Positions 24,130 to 37,024 of a DNA stretch of 64,000 bases are shown in pieces. Below the pieces are notes generated by a model. That model saw nothing but the letters and a program-made list of their open reading frames with translations. It searched no databases and was not told the DNA's origin. The first letter of the stretch is position 1. Each line of letters opens with the position of its first letter. Where the stretch lies: the NCBI GenBank assembly GCA_035221665.1, contig CM069156.1:29450001-29514000 (forward strand). Reading direction: 5' to 3'. Origin of the DNA: Okamejei kenojei. Taxonomy: Eukaryota. The position numbers and the translations under genes were made by a program.

Positions 24130-27100
24130 AAGTGCCAGCATAAATTGCAACGGCGTGATCCTTGCATTCCACAAAATCTCATGCGACAGGTCAAACAAGG
24201 GCCATTTCATCAGCTGATGAATCATCACTCTTCGACATTGAGCACCACACAGAAGATGCGCTGAGGGTAGCAAGGACACAGAATGGATCTGTGTGGCGAA
24301 CATTAATGTCCATTGCCAGGTAGCTCAGCAGCATCATCAAGCCTTGAAGGACTACACTTCCAGACAGGATTTGCAATAGGTGGCAAGGGGATGGATGGAT
24401 CAATTGATGACGGGAATAGAAGCAAAAGAGTTTTGTCATAAGACTCCCTCCTTTACATTCTGTCGCACTGCCATCAAACTTTAATGTATTCAAAACAATT
24501 CAAGCTAATCAAAATTGGGCATCCTTGAGATCTTGTGAGCCTTCAGCAGTGGCAGAGGCCATTGCGCCAGTTTAGTTTAGACCTATAGTAATGGAGGCAG
24601 GCCCTTTGGCCCATGGCAACCACTGATCACCCGTTCATCCCAATTCCATGATATCCCACTTTCTCATCCACTCCTACACACTAGGGGAATTTACTGAGGC
24701 CAAATAACCTACAAACCCACACGTCTTAGAGATATTGAGGAGGAAACCCTCGTATTCACATGGAGAATGTGCAAACTCCACTATAACTTCTTAATTTAAT
24801 ATATAGCACATTTCATACTACCATTACCAGCAACCTGGGGAACAACAAAAGGTCAACAAGCAGTACAGAAAGCATGAAGACCATCATCAAATGTTCTCAA
24901 AAACTAGTTGTCACCTTGAAGCCATAACATTCTAAGCAGAAGTAACGCCATGCTACAAGTAGTGCAATGGAATCTCACAATCAATGGTTTGCAGTCCACT
25001 ACATCAACTTAAAAATGGTGAACTTTCTCATATGGAATAATGGTGGGCACCAGCTCAGAGCGGCTAAAGGCTGAAGTACTCGCAAACACCAAGAGAGCAA
25101 CGTTAAAATAATGCATATTGCCTCCTCCTAAAATCTCCATCACGTTCACATTTAGTTTAGTTTATTGACACAGTGTATTGACGTACAGTGAAACACATAT
25201 TTTGTTGCATGGTATCCAGTCAGCAGAAAGACTATACATGTTTGCAAATCAAGCTGCCCACAGTGTACCACTTTCTAGGCCATTGAAAGTGGACACAAAA
25301 AGCTGGAGTAATTCAGCGGGACAAGCAGCATCTCTGGAGAGAAGGAATGGATGACGTTTCGATATAGCTAGTCCAGGACAAGTTACTGGTGATATTTATT
25401 CTTAGGAACTTGAAGCTTTCAACAATTTCTACTTCAGTCTCGTATGAGTGTAGTTTCACTTCCTGAAGTCGAAAACTATCTCCTTTGTATTTGCTGACTT
25501 GAGAGAAAAGTTGCTGTCTTGACACCAGGTTACAAGGTTCTCAATTTCAGAAGCTGTCCTCAGGCAATTCAATTCATTCCAACCAACTTCAAGTACTGGA
25601 TACTATGAATACCGCAGGGCCTAGAGCAGTGGTTCTTAACCTGGGGGGTTGGGATCCCCATGGCGGGGTCATTTGGGGCTTTACCGGGGGACATGAAGGG
25701 GTCATAAATAACATATCCATTTGTTGAGCCCATGTTTAGGAACCTAACAAAGGTACATACTACATACAATATTTTGTTCGTGTATGCGCGTACGTATGCC
25801 AAAAAGGTTAAGAACCACTGGCCTAGAGGCTTGCTTTATATATACCCCTGGGTTCAGGTCAGCGATAACTCAAAATTAAAAAAAATCATTGTAAGCAAGC
25901 CAGGAATACTACAGAATTGAGAACAGTGGGGGCAAAGCACATCACAAAACTCACTGTAAGCTGACAAACAAGAAGACCCCTAAGTTGAGTAGCTAGCCTT
26001 CCCTTCGAGGCTTGTAGGATGGAATAGGTTCAGGAATCCAAATATCAAAATCTAATTTGACTGTCAGGCAACTGCATGAAGAACGCCCACAAAAATGAGA
26101 AATCTATCAGATCAATTTTTACCAAAAAAATGAAGTGTTCCTGTTCAGTGCTATCAAGCAGCAATCGCTCACCAAACCTTCTCACTGATGCTGAAGTTCA
26201 GCTGATGTCCAGAACTATTTGGTTTTAGACCTCAATGCAGTCTTGTAGACAAAAGAGCTGCTGAAATCCATACACGGGGCTACATGAGAATGACTGTCTT
26301 GGTACCATTTGACAAGTATGACAAACTGCTTTTAATATTCTAAAAGTTATTTGATGCCACAATGAGAACTGTCAGCCACTTATCATTGCGTGGAGTTACA
26401 TTTAGCACAACAGATGGGATTGGGTTGTTTAGCCTCCTGTCATAAGAGGTTGGGTTGAGCAAGAGTTGGCTTGCTACCCAGACTCATCCAGATTTAATGA
26501 CTTCAATGACCTTCCTTCCATCATTCAGGTCAGAAGTGGGAACACATGCTGAGGACTGTAGTGTTCATTTCCATTCATAATTCCCTAGATATAGCAGTCC
26601 AAGGAAATCAAAATTATAACCTTGAGGATCAGGTAGGTAACCAGAGCAATAATCATCCCCACAGCGAGAGCCTGACAATTTCCTTTTGACATTCAACAGA
26701 ATTACTATTAATGAATCTATCACCAATGTCCTGGAGATTATCACGCTGAAAAATTAACCAGGCCACCACTATATATTGTGGAATAAAAGCAAATTAACAC
26801 TTGGGCATTCTATGGAGTAACATACTTCCCGACTCCTTGGAATCAGTCTACCATCTCACAAGATAGTAGTACAATGGTATACTCTCCAGTTGTCTGGAGG
26901 AGTACAATTGACATAATAACCAAAGCGGTTGCATCCCCTGCAGGAAAAAGCAGCCCACATCCACCATCCTGAACATTCAGCATCTTGATCAGCACACCAT
27001 GGTTACAGGATACATCATCTATAAAATGCATTGCAGCACTACCAATGGCCATTTTGGTAACACCTCCAATTCCATGTCTCTAGCAAGAAAAAAAAACGAC

Positions 27101-27200
27101 AACAGGTCCAAAAGGAACACTAATATGTACATGTTCCCCTCCAAGAGACACATTGACCAGATTTTGGGACAATGCTATTCCTTCAGAGTTATTAGATAAT
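24130..27200 (+). mobile_element. Ancient CR1/L2-group LINE remnants (endonuclease ~24130-24400; RT ~26100-27200) interrupted by younger insertions
   Basis: EDALRVARTQN-like segment; ttcaatgaccttccttccatc..ggtcagaagtggg; tactctccagttgtctgg. A related minus-strand remnant lies at ~9170-10260. Confidence 0.55.
25627..25820. mobile_element. hAT (Charlie/SPIN-like) MITE, 194 bp
   Basis: Perfect 16-bp TIR CAGTGGTTCTTAACCT; perfect 8-bp TSD GCCTAGAG (25619-25626, 25821-25828) with central TA. Confidence 0.93.
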
Positions 27201-27467
27201 GCCACAAAGGTAAATGGCTCACCAATGCAGGTTGGTGGGACGTGTGTAGCTGGGACACGTTGGGCAGTGTGGGCAAGTTGGGCCAAATGACCTGCTTCCA
27301 CTCTATGACTAGGACTTCAAAAATAAGTTGAGGTGAAGGTATAAAATATTAGAATTGCACACCGAAAGATGCAAACAAGCAAATAAAAAGCAGTACACAG
27401 GAAGCAAAATTTTAAAAAATCCCGTTCACCCCAACCTGGTATTGGGGTAACCTGGTATTTAACTTCA

Positions 27468-28210
27468 AGCAGCCTCTCTGGGGAGAAGGAATGGGTGACG
27501 TTTCAGGTCGAGACCCTTCTAATGACTGGTTAGGGATTAGGGAAACATGAGATATAGACCATGATGTAGAGAGAAAAAACAATGAAGGAAAGATATGTAA
27601 AAAGGTAACTATGATAAAGGAAACAGGCCATTGTTAGCTTTGTTGGGTGAAAACGAGAAGCTAGTGCGACTTGGGTGGGGGAGGGATAGCGAGAGGGAAT
27701 GCCGGGGCTAGCTGAAGTGAGAGAAATCAATATTCATACCACTGGGCTGGAGGCTGCCCAAGCAAAATATGAGATGCCGTTCCTCTAATTTACGTTTAGC
27801 CTCACTCTGACAATGGAGGAGACCTAGGACAGAAAGTTCTGTGAAGGAATGGGAAGGAGAATTAAAGTGTTTAGCAACCGTGAGATCAGGAAGGTTCAGA
27901 CAGACTGAACAAAGGTGTTCAGTGAAACGATAGCCCAGTCTACTTTTCATCTCGCCGATGTGCAAGAGTCTACACTTGAACCAAGGATACAGTAGATGAG
28001 GTTGGAGAAGGTGCAAGTGAACCTCTGCATAACATGAAAGGACTGTCGGGAGTCCCTGGACAGAGTTGAGGGAGGTAGTATAGGGACAGGTGTTGAATCT
28101 GTTGTGGTTGCAGGGGAAGGTACCCGGGAAGGGGTGGTTTGGGATGAGTTAACCCGGGAGCTGCGGGGGATCGGTCTCTGTAGAAGGTGGAAAGGGGTGG
28201 AGGTGGGAAA
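27468..28210 (-). mobile_element. Penelope-like retroelement 3' portion (GIY-YIG endonuclease)
   Basis: NLIYC...LHIGEMKSRLGYRFTEH...VAKHFN...RKLEERHLIFCLGSLQPSGMN. Confidence 0.88.
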
Positions 28211-28211
28211 A

Positions 28212-28310
28212 CGTTGTTCAAGAACCTCATCCACTGTACCCATTGTTCAAGAACCTCATCTACTGTATCCGTTGTTCAAGAACCTCATCTACTGAATCCG
28301 TTGTTCAAGA
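28212..28310 (+). repeat. 29-bp tandem repeat x~3.4 at the Penelope inversion junction
   Basis: cgttgttcaagaacctcatc(c/t)actg(t/a)a(c/t)c units start at 28212, 28241 and 28270; a partial unit starts at 28299. Confidence 0.92.
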
Positions 28311-28597
28311 TGTGAACTCTTAAACATCAGTGAGACCAAACATAGACTGGGCAATCGTTTCGTTGAACACTTTCGCTCAGTCCACCTGAACCTTTGTGAT
28401 CTCCCGGTTGCTAAGCACTTTAAAATTCTCCTTCCCATTCCCACACAGACCTTTCTATCCTAGGTCTCCTCCATTGTCAGAGTGAGGATAAACGTAAATT
28501 GGATGAACAGCATCTCATATTTTGCTTGGGCAGCTTACATCCCAGTGGTATGAATATTGATTTCTCTAGCTTCAGGTAGCCACAGCAGTCTCTCTCC

Positions 28598-28659
<62 letters not shown>

Positions 28660-28955
28660 CTTCCTCCCAAGTCACAATAACTTCTCATTTTCACCCAACA
28701 AACAGCTAACAATGGCCTGTTTCCTTTATCATCGTTACTTGTTTTGCATACCTTTCATTCATTGTTCTTCATCTCTCTACATCATCATTTATATCTCTCG
28801 TTTCCCTAATCCCTAGGGAAACCTGAAACATCACCCAATCTCGACCTGAAACGTCACCCATTCCTTCTCTGCAAAGATGCTGCCTGCCCAGTGAGTTACT
28901 CCAGCTTTTTGTATCTGCCTTCAGTTTAAACCAGCATCTGTAGTTCCATCCCACA
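28212..28955 (+). mobile_element. Second Penelope-like copy, inverted relative to the first; contains (TA)n at ~28609-28654
   Basis: Reverse-complement match to ~27480-28010 (aacctcatctactg...cccagtggtatgaatattgatttctct...tggcctgtttcctttatcat). Confidence 0.88.
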
Positions 28956-29214
28956 CTTAACTTCAGGAGTTTCCTTTCAACCTCCTTTGTACTAATTCAA
29001 AAAGTACAAACCCAATTTATTCTTCTTAGTTTATCAAACTTTCCCAGTAAGTCAAACATTCTCTGGCCAATTTATACCGAAATGGCAACCGAATTGGAGC
29101 TGGGTTTATAAATTGTTTACAGCTGCGAGCTGTTTTTAAAAAAAAACACAATTTGCCCTTTCAATCATGTACTCTACGTATATCAGAGTAAAAAGTACAG
29201 GCCGATTAAACTAC

Positions 29215-29403
29215 CTGCTGAATGCATGAGGGAAGCTGGTGGACGGGGCTGAATACCCCAAAGATTTTCCATGCTGCTTCGGTCCTTTAAGTCCAACAGC
29301 TGTATGAGAATGACCGGGTCAATGTCAAGTAGGCTGCTGCTGGCTGCGGACGTCATACTGCCCGTTACCCGCCTTGAAGACCTATTGTGGTTGTTCATCC
29401 CTC
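29215..29403 (-). CDS. TRIM37: TRIM37 exon ~18
   Basis: tccacag|GAGGG...GCAG|gtagtt; 189 nt; ...[45 protein letters not shown]. Confidence 0.95.
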
Positions 29404-31939
29404 CTGTGGAGAACAGAAGCACACCATAACCATGACAAAAATACACAAACAGCAAGAGCAGAATATTGGGAGGAAACAATGAGGTCTTCTGAATGTAGGT
29501 CCAGACTTTATTTTTAAATGTAAAACTGACAAGTAAATAATTCCAAGCTAAAAATGATTGGGCATTTCAACAATTATGCCTTTTCTTCCCTTTACTCCAT
29601 TTCTTACATTAAGGGCTCATTTCCCTCTGGATGCAAAATTCTCCCAGACAGATTAAAAACTTGCTTTCTGACAAAAACTGAAACTCACTTTGTATTTGCA
29701 TATCAGGATTTCCAACATACAGTTTCCTTATATTCCGAAATGAATGGCAATAATACATTTAAAGCTTTCGCAAGCAATTGGCAGGGTGGAAGTGACTTAA
29801 ATTTTTGACCATTTTATTTTGTGCAAGTTCACACTGCAAACATTGCTTCAGCTTCTTTCTTGTCGATGTACTGACCCTGCTGATATTGGCTTACTTCCAC
29901 TTCTCACAGTTGCATCAGCAGAATTTCATCAGCTAAAACTAGGCCCTTGTCTGGCAATTTTCTTTAAAATAAAACACGTGCACATCACAAAACAAATGCT
30001 TCACTTCTCAGGCACCCAAAAGCAAACTTCATTCCTCAAATGCATGGAAAGGTCTCTTCAGCAGGACTTCAATTGGAAAGTGCTGATGTTGAATTGTGTA
30101 TGGACATTTCTCAACCTCAGAGGTTGCACAATGCCGTTAGAGATTAGGATCCGAAAAGGAAGGGATTGCAACCAAAAAAGTTTCAACTGAAAATTTGGAA
30201 ATCAATATGTACCAATTCTACAATATTATTTCTCTCATTAAAGTCTAATTTAAACGAATTCAGTGCAAGCCAAAAAGTATCTTTTCCACCAGTTGACAAG
30301 TGGTAAGAAAAAAAAACTTACCAGCTAAACGTGTCAAGAGTCAGAATCATTTGCTCACACAATGAATGTGATAATATGGAATGCCTAACAAGGTGCTAAT
30401 GAAGCTAACCCAAATCACATTTAAAGAGAAGTAAACATGAAATAACATACTACAAAAAAATTACTATCGTAGCTCTGCTCATTTTTCAGGGGAGAAAATA
30501 CAGCGAAGTTGAGAGCTGTGGAGAACATTCAATAAGAAAACATAAAGGACCGGAGTTACTCAACGAGTCAGGGGGCATCTTAGGATGGAATAGACAATTG
30601 ATGTTTAAGGTCAGAACTCTCTTCAGACCATCTTGAATTGGTGTCGACTTCTTGAGTCTGAAGAAGGGTCCCAGAGTCATTATATTGTCTGCCCACCGAT
30701 GCAACCTGACCCACTGCTTTACTCCAGCACTTTGTGTTTTGCTCACGATACCAACATCTTCAGTTGCTCATGTCTCCACTCAGCACACAAAAGTCTTGAA
30801 AGAGAATGAACCACAAAACAAAACTGGATGTGAAAATAGTATCTTTCAAACAGATACCTCTCTCACCCACCATACTTTCATACAATGATAAATCAAGTTT
30901 GAAAATTAAAGTTCCAGTTTATTTGCTTTCTACGCTATTTATCCTCATGGTTACTTTTGGACTCGCTGGCTCGCAGTTCTTTATTGTCTCATAATGACCA
31001 GTGTGCCATGTTCTGTAACATTAACTCATCTTGCTCACTGCAATACAAACAGAAAATGCCAGAGATACTCAGCAGGTCCTGCAGCATCCGTGGAGAAAAT
31101 GACCTTTAAACAGAACTACAGGGAAATCCAAAAACAAATTGTGCAGATTCTGCTTAAAGTTCACCAACTAAAACTATTAATTGTTTCCCACCTCACAGAC
31201 ACTGTCTGATCTGCAGATAATTTCCAGCATCTGTAGTTTTTTGGCTTTTAATCCAACGTTACTGTAATGTATCATTTGGTGACTCTTCAAAAACACTAGT
31301 TAAAAGAGCCAATAACACGAGCCAGCTACCAAGCAAATTTCCGATCCCCACTTTAGAAACACAATTGGAAAATACACACAAAAAGATCTACAAGAACAAC
31401 ACACAAATCAAGATTACGACTAGCTGAAGAAAAAGTCAAGGATGATTTGATAAAAGTCCAATAATTGCAATTGATAGGATATGCATGTTTCCGCATGTAA
31501 CCAAGCAATGACTAGCAACTGAAAACATACAATAGTACCCATATAGATAAGGGAATAAGAGACAATTCCTAACTCAGGAATTGTTAGGCTGTGAAATTTC
31601 TCATCATATGTATAAATTGAAAAAAATGATGGATGTATTTATGAAAATGCCAACATAGAACAAGGGAGAAAGCAATCAAAGAAAAACAGTGATCTACATG
31701 CATGCTGACAAACAAAGCTCCAATCAACCTTGGTTCTCTTGACTCCCTCCACTCTGTAGAATGACAGACTGCCTCTCTGATATCAGGTATGGGATTAACA
31801 CAGACTACACCCAACCACAAGCTAAAACCAACCATCACCACCACCAACCCCCCCCACCCCACCCACACCGCACTCTTTATTCACCTCACAAACTCAGTTG
31901 CCGACACTGCTCCTCTCCTTGGCAACTCCCCAAAATTGA

Positions 31940-32540
31940 ACAAAACTATTTGCAATGTGTTTATTTCAGGCAAGTGCATGGTGTTGCATTTTTGGAAAGT
32001 CAAACCAGGGTAGGACCTTCAGTGAACTGTATGGCCCTGGAGAGTGTTGGAGATCAGAAGGACCTAGAAGTATATTGAAGAATATAAGTATATTGGTCTC
32101 CAAGTGTGGGGTCACAGGAGACAGGGTGATGAAAAAGGCTTTTAGTATGCTGGCCTTCATCAGTTAGGGCATCAAGAATAGAAGTTGGGAAGTTAAATAA
32201 AACGTTGGTGAGGCCACACTTGGATCTGGTCACGCTATGATAGGAAAAATGCCATTACGCTGGAAAGAGTGCAGAAAATAATTACAAGGATGTTGTCAGT
32301 TCAAGAGGTTCAGCAGGCTAGGAATTCATTCATTGGCACGAAGGAGTCGGAGGGGTGACTTAAAAATGCATAAAATCATGAAGAGCATAGATAGGCTGAC
32401 TGCACAATGATTTTTCTCCTCAGGGTTGGGGAACCAAGAATATGTGGGCATAGGTTTCAAAGAAGGGACTAATTTAAAAAGGAGCCCAATGAGCAACAGA
32501 GGGTGGTACACATGAGGACCAAGTTTCCAGAGGAAGGGGT
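31940..32540 (+). mobile_element. Degenerate CR1 3' fragment
   Basis: VMKKAFSMLAFIS, ttggtgaggccacactt, tggaaagagtgcag. Confidence 0.7.
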
Positions 32541-32649
32541 GCAGGCAGGTCTATCTCATCTACCTGCAAGTGATCCATATCATTCCATTCCCAGGTGTGA
32601 GAACATTACTGAAAACTATCAGAATGAGGGATTAAGTACTTGGATATCA

Positions 32650-34366
32650 GAGTGCCGATAATAATGTTTGGGACAAAGACCCATCATTTATTTATTTGTC
32701 TCTGTACTCTACAATTTGAGATTTGTAATAGAAAAAAAAATCACATGGTTAAAGTTCACATTGTCAAATTTTAATAAAGGCCATTTTTATACATTTTGGT
32801 TCACCATGTAGAAATTAAAGCAGTTTATGCACAGTCCCCCCCCCCCCCTCCATTTCAGGGCACCATAATGCTTGGGACACATGGCTTCACAGGTGTATTT
32901 AATTGCCTCCTTAATACAGGTATAAGAGTGCTCTCAGCAACTTATCTTTCCTCCAGTCTTTCCATCACAATTGGAAACTTTTATTGCTGTTTATCAACAT
33001 GACGACCAAAGTTGTGCCAATGAAAGTCAAATGAGCCATTATGAGACTGAGAAACAAGAATAAAACTGTTAGAGACATCAGCCAAACCTTAGGCTTACCA
33101 AAATCAACTGTTTGGAACATCATTAAAAAGAGAGTACTGGTGTGCTTATTAATCGCAAAGGGACTGGCAGGCCAAGGAAGACCTCCACAGCTGATGACAG
33201 AAGAATTCACTCTATAATAAAGAAAAAACCCCAAACACCTCTGACAGATTAGAAACACTCTTCAGGAGTCAGGTGACGATTTGTCAATGACCACAGTCCG
33301 CAGAAGACTTCATGAACAGAAATATAGAGGCTACACTGCAAGATACAAACCAATGGTTAGCTGTAAAAATAGGATGGCCAGGTTACAGTTTGCCAAGAAG
33401 TACTTAAAAGAGCAACCACTGTTCTGGAAAAAGGTCTTACGGACAGATGAGACAAAGATCAACTTATATCGGAGTAATGGCAAGAGCAAAGTATGGAGGA
33501 GAAAAGGAACCGCCCAAGATCCAAAGCATACCACCTCACCTGTGAAACACGATGGTGGGGGTGTTATGGCCTAGGCATGTAGGCTGCCGAAGGTACTGGC
33601 TCACTTATCTTCATTGATGATACAACTGCTGATAGTAATAGCATAATGAATTCTGAAGTGTTCAGATAAATCCTATCTGCTCAAGTTCAAACCAATGCCT
33701 CAAAACTCATTGGCCGGAGGTTCGTTCTACAGCAAGACATTGATCCCAAACATACTGCTAAAACAACAAAGGAGTTTTTCAAAGCTAAAAATTGTAAATT
33801 CTTGAGTGGCCAAGTCAATCATCTGATCTGAACCCAATTGAGCATGTCTTTTATATGCTGAAGAGAAAACTGAAGGGGACTAGCCCCAAAACAAGTATAA
33901 GCTAAAGATGGCTACAATACAGGCCTGGCAGAGCATCACCAGAGAAGACACCTAGCAACTGGTGATGTCCATGAATCGCAGACTTCAAGCAGTCATTGCA
34001 TGCAAAGGATATGCAACAAAATATTAAACACAACTACTTTCATTTACATGACATTGCTGTGTCCCAAACATTATGGTGCCCTGAAATGGGGGGACTATGT
34101 ATAAACACACCTGAGCAATTACAAACGCCCGTGAAGCCATGTGTCCCAAACATTATGGTGCCCTAAAATGAGGGGGACTGTGTATAAACACAGCTGTAAT
34201 TTCTACATGATGAAACCAAAATGTATAAAATTGGCCTTTATTAAAATCTGACAATGTACACTTAACCACATGTGATTTTTTTTAATATTACAAATCTCAA
34301 ATTGTGGAGTATAGAGGCAAATAAATAAATGATGGGTCTTTGTCCCAAACATTATAGAGCGCACTG
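32650..34366 (+). mobile_element. Tc1-family DNA transposon, IR/DR type, defective DD34E transposase (~32999-34027)
   Basis: Long TIRs with repeated cataatgtttgggaca boxes; right end ...gcactg|TA. Motifs TDETKINLY, GGGVMA, LQQDIDPKH, WPSQSSDLNPIEH, with stops and frameshifts. Confidence 0.95.
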
Positions 34367-35339
34367 TACTTGTAAAGGATAATCTACTTGGATTGTTGAT
34401 GTAATTATTTGATGAGTTAGGGAACTTCTACATGCGTATTCACATGGATTTCAAGAAGGCATTTGATAGATTAAATAGAAAATTGGACAAAAGTTAGTTA
34501 ATCCCCACCATAAAAACTAGATGTGGTAAAAGAAAGTCTGCTCCAAGCAATAGAAGGGTAGCAGAGTGGCACTGCAGGTACCACAGCTCTCACAGGTTCT
34601 CAGATGGCCAGATACCTAGGCAGTGACCCAGGTTCAATTTTGACCTCTGGCATTTGTGGAATCTGCTTATTCTTCATTGAACAATTAATTTTACCTATAT
34701 GCTGCACCTACCTCCCACACTGCAAACATGCACAAGCTGTTATTGTAAATTACCTTTTGTATAGATGATTGGTGAAAGAATCAGGGATTGTTAATGGACA
34801 TATAGAGAATAGAAGACTGGGTAATAAATGGGACAATGGTAGCAATGGGATTGCTCTGAGAGGCAGCAGGACTTGGTGTTGAATAATTTCCTCCCCATAG
34901 AGTAATTGACAAAAGATGGACACAAAATGCTGGAGTAACTCAGCGGGACAGGTACCATCTCTAGAGAAAACAGATAGGTGACGTTTCAGGTCGGGACCCT
35001 ACCTCAGACATTTATTTGACAAGAATTTAATTGACAAGTTGTTCCCAGGAAACTCTTCTCGGCTTCAGCTCTTGGCGAATACATCAATTATTTAAAACAG
35101 GTCTAAGTAGGTACTAAATTAGTAGATGCAGAAAAATGCACAGATGGCAACAAGCATTTTCATAAGGGATGCGGACAGATTAAATAATTGGGCTAAACTG
35201 TGGCAGATGGAATTCCATGTGGTTGATTGTTAAGGTCACCTGCTCTTAATTTAAACATTTCACCGATGGCGAGTAACTGCGGACAGTAAAATAATAGGGC
35301 ATTTAAGTACACAAATCAAAGAGAGCTAGGTACTAATTG

Positions 35340-35790
35340 TATTTTGAAAACCAAAACAGAAAGCTGGAAGTAGCAGCAAATCAAACAGCTACTGTGGAGG
35401 CATAAAGAGCAAGTTGAGATTTGAGGTCCTTCATCAGGACTGAGAGAAACAGGAATGAATGCCAGTTCAACAGAATGTGCAGGTGTGGCAGAGGTTGTTT
35501 GCGACAGAAGCTGGTGGGTTCCAGGTGGAACCAGCTGGTGAGGGGATGATTGGGAAGTGGGGGGAATGGAACCAGGGATGCTTGGGGGTGGAAAGAGATG
35601 GGATGGATGAGCAGAGGGAGAAAGCAAAAATGAAACAAAGAAAACGAGCATGTATGGGAGGACAGTGCCGGGGTATGGGTTCCTTCAACATTCAACCTAT
35701 TGGACGTCAAGCTAGGAATTTTGTCAAGGATCGATAAAATACCACTGGCTGTTATCCTCTCAGAAAAAGACTTCAGCATGAAGCAAATCA
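35340..35790 (-). mobile_element. Degenerate Penelope-like fragment
   Basis: Purine-rich body and ttcaacattcaacctattggacg (endonuclease C-terminus); contains a ctgatga box on the minus strand. Confidence 0.5.
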
Positions 35791-36944
35791 CTTACTTGCC
35801 CGACTCACATAATTGGATGTGGTTGGGAAAGGAAGCTCGGGAATTTCACATTTAATTAAAATTATTCATTCAAATGAATCTTACTGTGCAATTAAAATGC
35901 TTCAAGTACAACTAAATACTTGAAATATGCAGCACTCAAATCACTACCTGACATAATGATGGATTCATTTCTGATGAATGGCCCAACTTGGACTATATAT
36001 CTATCTATCTTGATTAAAAGCTGATTTACAATTACATTTGTAGCACATATTTTATTGCAGAGATAAATAAAAACAATTTAAACAGAATTAAAAACCTCTA
36101 CATTTCCAGTATAAAAAGGCGTGGCACTTTTGATAAACAGGTTAATGTTTCCCCACCAACCTCCTGATGTTAATGAAAGAAAGTAAGATGCAATCTCCAT
36201 CTAATTCCCGAAAACACTGACTGTCACCAGTGTTCTAATTTTCAAAAGGACCAAGGCTGGAGGCTGTCATTAAAGTTTGAATCAATAGGGAAATGCTATT
36301 GGTGGGAAATTACTCACAGATGTCAAACAAAATAAATATCTTCTGTTACCAAGCACCAATAATTTAAATACAGGTATACAAATAAGTACAATATGAATGC
36401 CGAAACATAGGGGTTGCACAGCAAGGTCAGGGTGCACATACCAAGCTTGGATTTCTTTTGAGCACAGAAGGGGGATACAATTAAAGTGTTTACAGTGACT
36501 AAAACAGCTAAATAGGCAAGATGAAGACATTTTTTTTCTCTAGTGGATATCAGGAACCACATTTTCTGCATGCATAAAGAATGGTGGAAATCTAGAACTC
36601 TTCCCCAAAGTAGCAACCGAGGCTGAAAGCTAGAGGTGAAAGAGCCACTTGAATTTTCCAAACTAGGTAATGATCAGGTTGTGCATTAGGCAGAGGTATT
36701 ATTAGATACAAATACAACACTGATATTCAAGATCTAATTGAATGTGGAGCCAAATGGGCTACTCCTGTTCCTTTGTACAATAAACCTTAAGGCTAACTTA
36801 AGCTGCTTCAATAGCAATGAGTTTGTTTATTGGTAGGATTAGGTCTGATCCATGCACTGTTGATAAAACATCAGTTGCAAGATACTAATTCCACCACCAC
36901 CTCTAACAACATTCCAAGCAAAAAATCATTTCAATGTGAATTAC

Positions 36945-37024
36945 CAGAAGCTCCTGCTGAATCAGCCAACTCCCCTTCCTCCAAATCCATGTTGTTACTG
37001 TATTCAACATCATTCTCCCCAAAC
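36945..37024 (-). CDS. TRIM37: TRIM37 exon ~17
   Basis: ttttcag|GTTTGGG...TCTG|gtaatt; 80 nt; (M)FGENDVEYSNNMDLEEGELADSAGAS(G). Confidence 0.94.

Noticed and set aside
24191-24493. 100-aa minus-strand ORF as an extra TRIM37 exon
   Set aside because: Exons 18 and 19 already join in phase, and the + strand here resembles a decayed LINE endonuclease.
28212-28310. 29-bp repeats resembling a CRISPR array
   Set aside because: The units abut with no spacers, derive from Penelope coding sequence, and the context is a vertebrate intron with no cas genes.
32999-34027. Active or domesticated transposase
   Set aside because: Multiple stops and frameshifts in both Tc1 copies.
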